In this document: positions 9,309 through 16,960 of the stretch, piece by piece
How the letters are laid out: each line of letters starts with the position of its first letter
Numbering within the stretch: the first letter of the stretch is position 1
NCBI GenBank assembly: GCA_003022365.1
Contig: PXOU01000011.1
Span: 1-48,501 of the forward strand
DNA length: 48,501 bases
Direction of reading: 5' to 3'
DNA from: Candidatus Saccharibacteria bacterium QS_5_54_17
GTDB lineage: Bacteria > Patescibacteriota > Saccharimonadia > QS-5-54-17
Position numbers and translations under genes: made by a program
The notes under the pieces: model-generated
What the model saw: the letters and a program-made list of their open reading frames with translations, nothing else
Database searches by the model: none
What the model was told of the DNA's origin: nothing

Positions 9309-9851
9309 ATGGAACAGTATATCCAGATTTCAACTATCAATGACTTTCTCTTCTCACCGCGTTCTCTATATCTGCACAGTGTCTACGCGAGCTTTAACAC
9401 CAAAACCTATCACGCCTCCTCTCAAATCGCGGGTGACATCAATCATTCCACTCTAGAAAACGCTAACTATTCCTCGTCTACTCGTTACTTGCAGGGGGTG
9501 CCGGTATACAGCGAACACTACGGGATCATGGGTAAGATCGACATCTACGATCGCCATACCAAGTCGCTCATCGAACGTAAAACCAAAATCAAAACCATCC
9601 ATACCGGATACAAGTACCAATTATATGCCCAGTACTTCGGGCTCACTGAGGCCGGGTATGAGGTCGAGCGACTACTCCTGCATTCTTTGGACGACAACAG
9701 AAGGTACGAAGTTCCATTACCCGATCAAGCCGAAGTATCGGCATTCGAGCAAACCCTCCGGGCTATCTGGGAATATGACATCGCCGAACACGATCCTGCC
9801 CATTCCGATGATCGATGTGAGATGAGCATCTATAAGGATCTATCGTACTAA
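9309..9851 (+). CDS. cas4: Type V-A Cas4 (Fe-S cysteines largely replaced)
   Basis: ISTINDF, GKIDIY, ERK and QLYAQY motifs; lies between cas12a and cas1. Confidence 0.93.
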   Translation: MEQYIQISTINDFLFSPRSLYLHSVYASFNTKTYHASSQIAGDINHSTLENANYSSSTRYLQGVPVYSEHYGIMGKIDIYDRHTKSLIERKTKIKTIHTGYKYQLYAQYFGLTEAGYEVERLLLHSLDDNRRYEVPLPDQAEVSAFEQTLRAIWEYDIAEHDPAHSDDRCEMSIYKDLSY

Positions 9852-9854
9852 GTC

Positions 9855-10817
9855 ATGATTTCGTTACCGGACTTTAGAGAAAAACAACTACTGCTAATCC
9901 AAGCCCAGTGGCGTGATAAACCCAAGCTGAAATTCACCAATGAAAACATCGTGTTTACCAAACATGATGAGATTGTCAATCGGGCGTCCTGTCACAAAGT
10001 ATTCGCCATATACGTAATAGGCGACATATCCGTAACCACCAAGCTGATCAGAGAAACGGCAGGTTACGGAATATCCCTCTACTTCCTAAAGCACAACTTC
10101 GAAACGTACTCCAGCTGTCTTCCTCAAGCAGAAGGTCATTATTACTTACGCTCCAAGCAATATACTATGAGTCAGGATCAACAACTCGCCATAGCCAAGA
10201 ATATCGTCCGCGGTAAACTGATAAATCAACAAAGACTTTTAAAAGAAACAGGCATCGAACCCAAAAGCAAGCAATCTATTCACCGCCAAGTTGACGCGAC
10301 TCGTAGTTTTAAGGATTTGCTCGGTGTAGAAGGTAGCCATACCCGGAGCTTTTTTGCTGCCTATTTTAACCCTATAGACTGGCGAAGGCGCGCCCCGAGA
10401 ACCAAAGAGGACATCCCAAACTTTTTATTGGATATCGGATATAACTTGCTATTTAATTTCATCGACGCACTGTTGCGCATGCACGGATTCGATACCTACA
10501 AAGGATGTTATCATCGTTTATTCTTCGGCAGGAAATCACTCGCCTGTGATATACAAGAGCCGTTCCGGTGCTTGGTGGATAAACAACTTGTCAAAGCGTA
10601 TAACCTGGGGCAAATTGATGAATCGGATTTTTCTTTCAAAAACGGCCAGTACATGTTGTCATTCGACAAGAACCAGAAGTATGCTCAGATTTTCATGCGA
10701 TTACTTATGGACAATAAGGAAGACATCTTCAACTACGTCCATGAATTTTATCGACACGTTATGAACCCCGAGGAGAATCCGTTTCCAGAATACAAGGTGA
10801 GGGCAAGAAATCAATGA
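9855..10817 (+). CDS. cas1: Type V-A Cas1
   Basis: LLGVEG, NFLLDIGY, GFDTYKGCYH and LACDIQEPFR motifs. Confidence 0.96.
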   Translation: MISLPDFREKQLLLIQAQWRDKPKLKFTNENIVFTKHDEIVNRASCHKVFAIYVIGDISVTTKLIRETAGYGISLYFLKHNFETYSSCLPQAEGHYYLRSKQYTMSQDQQLAIAKNIVRGKLINQQRLLKETGIEPKSKQSIHRQVDATRSFKDLLGVEGSHTRSFFAAYFNPIDWRRRAPRTKEDIPNFLLDIGYNLLFNFIDALLRMHGFDTYKGCYHRLFFGRKSLACDIQEPFRCLVDKQLVKAYNLGQIDESDFSFKNGQYMLSFDKNQKYAQIFMRLLMDNKEDIFNYVHEFYRHVMNPEENPFPEYKVRARNQ

Positions 10818-11095
10818 TTATTATTGCTTACGACTTTAGTAGCAACAAAACTAGGGCGCAGTTCGCTAAGTTTCTTAAGAAATACGGGCGCAAGATCCAG
10901 TATTCAGTGTACGAAGTCAACAACAGTCCGCGTGTTTTACAAAACATCATGACCGAGATAGAATTAAAGTATAAGAAGCGCTTCAAAGGTTCGGATAGTA
11001 TTTTGATTTTTCAGCTCTGCAAAGGCGACGAAGCGAAAGTCAAACGGTATGGCTATGCGAGCAATGAAGAGCAAGACATTGTAATCTTCGAGTAG
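10814..11095 (+). CDS. cas2: Cas2
   Basis: MIIIAYDF..LKKYGRKIQYSVYE; overlaps the cas1 stop. Confidence 0.96.
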   Translation: MIIIAYDFSSNKTRAQFAKFLKKYGRKIQYSVYEVNNSPRVLQNIMTEIELKYKKRFKGSDSILIFQLCKGDEAKVKRYGYASNEEQDIVIFE

Positions 11096-11128
11096 TGCTT
11101 CGCACATTGATAATTTCATTTCGAAGTA

Positions 11129-11158
11129 GAAGTAGAAATTGTCGTGTAGGAGATTAGA
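11129..11158 (+). other. Anti-repeat (reverse complement of the CRISPR repeat) in the leader
   Basis: GAAGTAGAAATTGtcgTGTAGGagATTAGA versus repeat reverse complement GAAGTAGAAATTGgaTGTAGGtATTAGA. Confidence 0.8.
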
Positions 11159-11209
11159 TATGCAGGAAGCAGCAAACCCTGGTCTTAATATTTTAAGTCC
11201 GATTGATAA

Positions 11210-11280
11210 TGGCTTCACCAAGCAAAAAGTGAGACAAGCATTTATATGCGTCTTAGCATCTTTTTGGCTTGGTGAAGCCA
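11210..11280. promoter_or_regulatory. Long leader hairpin immediately before the first repeat
   Basis: Perfect 14-bp inverted repeat TGGCTTCACCAAGC/GCTTGGTGAAGCCA, extended by AAAAAG/CTTTTT. Confidence 0.8.
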
Positions 11281-11288
11281 AGTTTGCT

Positions 11289-11882
11289 GTCTAATACCTA
11301 CATCCAATTTCTACTTCGGTAGATCTCTGCCGGGATGGGTACATTCTCGAATGTCTAATACCTACATCCAATTTCTACTTCGGTAGATTATCATCCTTAG
11401 GCACCCTTACAGTAGTGTCTAATACCTACATCCAATTTCTACTTCGGTAGATGCGGGGCGGGCGAAGACGTTCATAGGTCTAATACCTACATCCAATTTC
11501 TACTTCGGTAGATACTTTGCGCCTTGGCGAGCGTGCGGGGTCTAATACCTACATCCAATTTCTACTTCGGTAGATTACTTCGGTGGATACCTACGTCGAT
11601 GTCTAATACCTACATCCAATTTCTACTTCGGTAGATGATTGTATTTTTACCTCGCCTCCTCGTCTAATACCTACATCCAATTTCTACTTCGGTAGATTAT
11701 GACACATCCGGCACTGACGGGGTGTCTAATACCTACATCCAATTTCTACTTCGGTAGATAGGTCAAAGAGGTTGCGGCTTTCATCCGGAGTCTAATACCT
11801 ACATCCAATTTCTACTTCGGTAGATAGGCGGATTTGGCTTTTATTTGTCTAATACCTATATCCAATTTCTACTTCGGTAGAT
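11289..11882 (+). CRISPR. Type V-A CRISPR array, 10 repeats and 9 spacers
   Basis: 36-nt repeat GTCTAATACCTACATCCAATTTCTACTTCGGTAGAT at 11289, 11353, 11417, 11478, 11540, 11601, 11662, 11724, 11790 and 11847 (last has one C>T); spacers 28, 28, 25, 26, 25, 25, 26, 30 and 21 nt; Cas12a handle AATTTCTAC-TTCG-GTAGAT. Confidence 0.99.
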
Positions 11883-11984
11883 TTTACTCAGGACCTCGAC
11901 AAATTGTAGCATAGGCAAATTGTTACTTGCTCGATCAAACGGTAAAATGCCGAAAGGTTTCGATTCAGGGATAAAGAATAATTT

Positions 11985-13007
11985 ATGAAAAAAGACTTAC
12001 CATACCAATCACTGCACACCCATACCGTTGATTCGGATGGGGAGGCTACGCACCAGCAGGTGCTGGAGGTGGCGGAGGCTAACGGATTCGGCGCCGTAGC
12101 GTTTACCGACCACGATACCGTGCTCAGTGACGAACGGCTGCGGCAATTACGTGAATATAACGGGCCGGTGGATTGGATCAGCGGCGTAGAGCTTTCCAGC
12201 GGGTTGCCCAAGGAGCAAGGCGGCGGCGCCACCAACAGCCTGCATGTCGTGGGGTTGTTCGTCGATCCGACCAATCAGGATCTGCGCCAGCATTGCCGCA
12301 AGACCCATGAGGCCCGCCAGAAACGGATGAAAGCGGTGGTAGCCAATCTGAATGAGCTCGGCCTCACCATTACCGAGGATGACTGCCTGGAAGCCGCCGG
12401 TGGGGGAAGCGTGGGACGTCCCCACATCGTGGAAGCCATTCATAAACACCAAACCAACCAACGGGTATTGGATGAACTGGAAGCCCGGGTGGCGGAGGAT
12501 GCCAAGCAAGATGAGCAGGCCAAGCAATGGTACGACCGCTACCAGCAAATCATCCGGGAAAGGCCGAGCCAGCGGCCGTTCGAACTGTTCCTCGGCAATG
12601 ATCCCTATTTCCCGGCCTTGGTTGACTTTGAATACTGGCAGGACTTTGACTCGGTAGTAAGTTTGATACGCGGCGCCGGCGGCATTGCCTTGTGGGCGCA
12701 CTGGTGGACAATAGTCAAAGAAGTGGACCGCGGCGGGCTTGCGGACATCGCCGAAGCAGGCCGGATTGATGGCTTAGAAACCAGCTTTCCGCTGGTCAGA
12801 GACGCCATGGACACCCGGGAGGAGACGCTGCAAGAAGTCGCGAAAACCTGCGAGGTTCCTGGCGTGACGGCCGTCGATTTGCATGCACTCCAAACCTTCG
12901 CCGATCTGGCCGCTCAATCCGAAGACGCGGCAACTACCACCGGCACGGTCCAACGCCTGATAGATGCCACCGGCGTGAGCACCGAGTGGAGTAGTCTAAA
13001 TCAATAG
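11985..13007 (+). CDS. PHP-domain phosphoesterase (TrpH/YciV-like)
   Basis: LHTHTVDSDG, FTDHDT, SGVELS, GRPHI, AH and DLH motifs. Confidence 0.92.
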   Translation: MKKDLPYQSLHTHTVDSDGEATHQQVLEVAEANGFGAVAFTDHDTVLSDERLRQLREYNGPVDWISGVELSSGLPKEQGGGATNSLHVVGLFVDPTNQDLRQHCRKTHEARQKRMKAVVANLNELGLTITEDDCLEAAGGGSVGRPHIVEAIHKHQTNQRVLDELEARVAEDAKQDEQAKQWYDRYQQIIRERPSQRPFELFLGNDPYFPALVDFEYWQDFDSVVSLIRGAGGIALWAHWWTIVKEVDRGGLADIAEAGRIDGLETSFPLVRDAMDTREETLQEVAKTCEVPGVTAVDLHALQTFADLAAQSEDAATTTGTVQRLIDATGVSTEWSSLNQ

Positions 13008-13114
13008 CGTCTAAGTCGGGATGAATCACCGAACTACTTTTCTGTGATGTCATCCTGAATTTATTTCAGGATCTGTTTCAAAAACATACCGAACTACTTT
13101 TCCGTGTGGAGATA

Positions 13115-13276
13115 CAAAAAGAGGAAAGGGGGTCATGGCGACGAGCCACACCCCCTTTCGGATAGAGCTACTTTTGTGGAGTCCTGGGCCCTGGATCAAT
13201 GTCCCGTATGACGTTAGTCACAGGATACGTGACCCAGTAACTCCAGTTATTATATAGGATGCACGGGGGCTGTCAA
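13115..13276 (-). ncRNA. Candidate structured small RNA cassette 3 (about 130 nt)
   Basis: Minus strand TTGACA-16-TATAAT; long-range TGGAG..TGGG/CCCA..CTCCA pairing; terminal GAAAGGGGGT/ACCCCCTTTC stem followed by a U-rich tail. Confidence 0.55.
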
Positions 13277-13337
13277 AGTTTATCCACAAGGTATGAAATT
13301 CTAATGCCTCCTACGGATAAACTCCGTGTTATCATCA

Positions 13338-13638
13338 GGATGATCCCGCCACCCAATTTCCAATTCGGTAGATTTGGCCTCCTTTCTTATGATTGCTTTC
13401 TACCTAGGTAAATTTGGTAGTGGACGGGACCGGGGAAAGTCTAATACCTATTCCAGTTTCTACTTGGGGTAAATTTCCGCATGTGCCATCGAACTGAGTA
13501 TGACAGCTAAGTGAATATATGAGATAATATTCAAAGCATCCGGATGGTACATCATTTGGTTCTGCCTCCTTTTTGTTGCCATGCCGGATGCTTCAAGTCT
13601 GATATCTACATCCAGTTTTGCTCGATGCAGATGTAGAT
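13338..13638 (+). CRISPR. Degenerate CRISPR-repeat cluster (orphan mini-array)
   Basis: Repeat-like copies: CCAATTTCCAATTCGGTAGAT (13353-13373), TTTCTACCTAGGTAAAT (13397-13413), GTCTAATACCTATTCCAGTTTCTACTTGGGGTAAAT (13439-13474), GTCTGATATCTACATCCAGTTTTGCTCGATGCAGAT (13597-13632). Confidence 0.8.
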
Positions 13639-13699
13639 GTGTTGTAATTTTTGCCTGACAGGATGTATTGTTGAGCAAACAACGATTGCCTGAGTGGGA

Positions 13700-13922
13700 G
13701 TCAGTAGACGGTAGACGGTAGACTGGGAACAAGGAAGAGGAAGAGGAAGCAGGAAGAGCAAGTAAGCGGAAATAAAAGCGTGTTATTCCTGCCCCCTCCG
13801 TCATTCCGAACTTGTTTCGGAATCCAATTTTGGAATAGATCCTGAAATAAATTCAGGATGACAACTTCAGGATGACATTTTCGTCATTTCGAGGACGTGT
13901 CATCGACAAGACCGGGGAACGT
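13700..13922. repeat. Heptamer tandem repeats plus REP-like cluster
   Basis: agtagac/ggtagac heptads, then GTCATTCCGAA and CAGGATGAC units. Confidence 0.85.
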
Positions 13923-13989
13923 GTCAACCCACCCCGTTACTTTGACAAAACCTGAGCAATAACTTTTAATATAGGCATATAATTCCCAG

Positions 13990-14382
13990 GTGGGAAAGAT
14001 GGAGCGGGCGGAGCGTATCGGCAACCAAAATTATGATTATTTCCTCATGCATCCGGATTTGCCGCACGACATTTCCCGGGTCATCCGAGAGGCGCGGCGG
14101 CACGGAGGCGGCACCTTTTCGGCGGTTATCGGCGTTCAGGAGCGTGAGACTGGCGTGGCAGAAGAGCTCCAGCGGGCAGAGATTGATATAACCGAACTCA
14201 AGTGTTCCGGGCCGGATGATCCTCCGGAAATCAGAGGTGCGGCGGTCGAAGGCGAGTCGGTCACGCTGCGCCTGAGGGAAACCGATGCTCCGGCGGAAAT
14301 CATTTTTCAAGGCAGGGAAGCGGAAGCGGGCGATCCGCCGCGGGCGGAAGAGCCCCGGGCAAATAGACGTCGATCCTCTTAA
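13990..14382 (+). CDS. Hypothetical protein
   Basis: ORF follows TATAAT; weak resemblance to the 16188/16961 paralogs. Confidence 0.6.
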   Translation: MGKMERAERIGNQNYDYFLMHPDLPHDISRVIREARRHGGGTFSAVIGVQERETGVAEELQRAEIDITELKCSGPDDPPEIRGAAVEGESVTLRLRETDAPAEIIFQGREAEAGDPPRAEEPRANRRRSS

Positions 14383-14479
14383 GGGTTTTTGATCGGACCA
14401 AAAGCGCTTAGTTTCCAAAATACTCTTCCCAGTGCCATGACGGGGAATCGCACCCGACACCCCGGGTAAGCAGTGCCAT

Positions 14480-14520
14480 AAAAAAGCCACACGCTTTGAT
14501 GGGGCGTGTGGCTCTTTCGC
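14480..14520. terminator. Bidirectional intrinsic terminator
   Basis: AGCCACACGC/GCGTGTGGCT 10-bp stem flanked by an A run and a T-rich run. Confidence 0.75.
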
Positions 14521-14622
14521 TTTTTGTTTTGTAACTTTTATAGTAACGCATGTGATTGGTTAACGCAAGAGGGATTGTTATAATTTTGGTGTTCACTCCC
14601 AAAAGGTAATAACAGGGGCATT

Positions 14623-15021
14623 ATGGCAGATTTAGTTGTAAATTCATCTACAAATGAGCAGATTTTAGATATTACCGGGCAAATTCAGGACGAGTTGGAA
14701 AACCGGCACCACTCGGGCAGTGGCGCCCTTGCGGTTAACCTGCTGCACACCACTGCCGGGCTGACCATGGCCGATCTGGACCCGGGTACCGACCAGGACT
14801 TTCTGGATTTTCTGCGGGCGATTACGCCGGATATTCAGTGGCGCCATCCGCATGATCCCTCGCACACGCCCAGCCATCTACTCAGCAGTTTGATCGGCAC
14901 CACCTTGACCATCCCGTTCGCGGGCGGCCGGTTGCAGCTGGGCACTTGGCAGCGGATCATCCTGGTGGAACTGGACGGCCCGCGGGAGCGGCGTATAGCT
15001 GTGGCGGGCCTCGGTTCATAG
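14623..15021 (+). CDS. yjbQ: YjbQ/UPF0047 family protein
   Basis: HTTAGL, LGTWQRI and ELDGPRER motifs. Confidence 0.92.
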   Translation: MADLVVNSSTNEQILDITGQIQDELENRHHSGSGALAVNLLHTTAGLTMADLDPGTDQDFLDFLRAITPDIQWRHPHDPSHTPSHLLSSLIGTTLTIPFAGGRLQLGTWQRIILVELDGPRERRIAVAGLGS

Positions 15022-15024
15022 GTG

Positions 15025-15200
15025 CCTCGGGGGCCGGAATGACAAAAAAGTGGTCTCGTAATCACGAACTTTTTTGTCATCCTGAACTTGTTTCAGGATC
15101 TATTTCAGGACCAGCCGATTCCGAACCTGATCCCGGATCGGGGTCCGGAATGACGTCTTCGGAATGACAGAGAGAAGATGATTCCGGTCCCCGAGCCAGT
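15025..15200. repeat. REP-like cluster
   Basis: Same GTCAT/GAATGAC units. Confidence 0.85.
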
Positions 15201-15256
15201 ATCCCAGCCATCCACACATAATTGACAATACGTAAATAAAATGCTAGAGTTTAATT

Positions 15257-16150
15257 ATGTCTACATCTGCTGAAAAGATGTTCGAAAACAAAAATACCGG
15301 AACTGATCCGGAAACGGTTACCAGCCAGGAAATAGACGAAAGCTTCGGCCGGGCTCGGGCCAACCTGATGAGTTTGGTCCAATCGCCGGAATTCCACCAG
15401 GCTTGTGCGGAAGCGGACGTGGATCCCTTCGATGATACCGAGGTGGCCTATTGGCAGGTGATGCAGAACCAAGCCGAAGAAGTATTGGACTCGGCCAAAG
15501 ACGTGGGTGAAATGAATGAAACAGATTATCAAACCAACCGATTGGTCTTCGCCGCGCCCAACTACGTCATGCGCCAGGCCGAACTCGAGGGTGGCGATAG
15601 TAACCCCCCCCAGAACCGGCGGGAAGCCAAAGTGGTGGCCAGTAAATTCAATGATGCCATGCGGGATTTCGCCACGGCTTTCCCTGAAGTCAACGCAAGC
15701 GCATTAGAAGTCAACTTACAAAACGTGGTCAACGAAACCATGTTTGAAGAGGAGATGATCCAAGCCGGTTCGGAATACATCAAACAATCCATCCGCGGAG
15801 CCCGGCATGAAGCAGCCTTCGGCCAGATACTGGCCCAGGCGGGGTTCAATTTCCGGGAGACGACCATCGAGGAGGACCTGAAAGGCGCCGACTTCATGAT
15901 CGAAACCGGTGATGGGGAAGCCCCACTGGACGTAAAAGCCTCTTTGAGCGATATCGAAGCGAGAGGCCAGGAGCAACAACCCTGCACAGTGAAACCGGAT
16001 GGCACGGTGGTTATCTATTCCCACCTGCTGGATTCGGAATTCGCCGGTAAATTGGGCATCTCAGAGGATAAAGCGGCCGAGAAAGCGGAAATCGTGGCGC
16101 CTTCCTTGGAAGAAGCGCTCAACCCGGATCTACGACCCGCAGCTGTGTAA
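15257..16150 (+). CDS. Hypothetical protein with a C-terminal PD-(D/E)XK nuclease-like motif
   Basis: RHEAAF..EEDLKGADF..LDVKAS pattern. Confidence 0.6.
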   Translation: MSTSAEKMFENKNTGTDPETVTSQEIDESFGRARANLMSLVQSPEFHQACAEADVDPFDDTEVAYWQVMQNQAEEVLDSAKDVGEMNETDYQTNRLVFAAPNYVMRQAELEGGDSNPPQNRREAKVVASKFNDAMRDFATAFPEVNASALEVNLQNVVNETMFEEEMIQAGSEYIKQSIRGARHEAAFGQILAQAGFNFRETTIEEDLKGADFMIETGDGEAPLDVKASLSDIEARGQEQQPCTVKPDGTVVIYSHLLDSEFAGKLGISEDKAAEKAEIVAPSLEEALNPDLRPAAV

Positions 16151-16187
16151 TTTTACAAACATCGCATTTGATGCTATTGTATAAATT

Positions 16188-16496
16188 ATGAGTGAAGTAA
16201 AGACCATGTTTTATGAGGTGGTAAAACCTCCGTCTTCCGGGGAAGTGCGGGACGAAGTATTCCGGGCGATCATGGAAACCTCGGGGAGGATCTGCGTGAA
16301 TATGGTGGCCGACAAGGAATTTCCCCCGCCGCAGGAGGAAGAAGTATGCTTCCGAATACGCCAGACGGACCATCCCCAAACCGGGGAGTCGATGGTCGTA
16401 ACGGGACGTGATGACCAGGGCAATTCGGTTCGCGTGGAAACCTACGAACCTCCCGAAACACCTGCCACCGCCAGCCGGGTGGTGACGGAAGAGTAG
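16188..16496 (+). CDS. Hypothetical protein, paralog A
   Basis: Clear homolog of 16961-17284. Confidence 0.8.
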   Translation: MSEVKTMFYEVVKPPSSGEVRDEVFRAIMETSGRICVNMVADKEFPPPQEEEVCFRIRQTDHPQTGESMVVTGRDDQGNSVRVETYEPPETPATASRVVTEE

Positions 16497-16499
16497 AAC

Positions 16500-16875
16500 C
16501 CCTCTTTGTCATTCAGGAGACGTCATTCCGGACCTCGACCCCTCTCTGTCATCCCGAGCCTTCTCCGTCATTCCGAATTTATTTCAGAATCACCTCTGCA
16601 GTAGATCCTGAAACGGATCCTGAAATAAATTCAGGATGACGTCTTCAGGATGACAGGAACAAGAAGCAAGCAGTAATAAGTAAGCGGGAGACGGAAAGTA
16701 GACGGCAGACAGTAGACAGGGAGTAAAAAGCAACGGGCTCTGAACTGTCATTCCGGACCCCGATCCGGAATCTATTAACCCGATATGATCCTGAAACTGA
16801 TCCTGAAATAAATTCAGGATGACCATGGAGGAATATCCTGAAACAAGTTCAGGATGACATCTTCAGGGATGACAA
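16500..16875. repeat. REP-like cluster plus heptamer repeats between the paralogs
   Basis: Multiple GATCCTGAAA..TTCAGGATGAC units and heptads. Confidence 0.85.
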
Positions 16876-16960
16876 ACGAAAGCTGCGGCGGGAAGCGCTT
16901 ACCCCACATCAACGACCCAATGCTTTTACAGAGAGCACATTTTATGCCATTATATTAATA

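Noticed and set aside
11985-13007. PHP gene as a CRISPR accessory effector
   Set aside because: Ordinary TrpH/YciV-like sequence with host-like high GC; adjacency alone does not support a functional link
13280-13288. Perfect DnaA box TTATCCACA
   Set aside because: Single copy, with no box cluster or dnaA/dnaN nearby; not evidence for oriC
14433-14460. tRNA gene or fragment on the minus strand
   Set aside because: Only a T-loop-like motif; no cloverleaf or CCA
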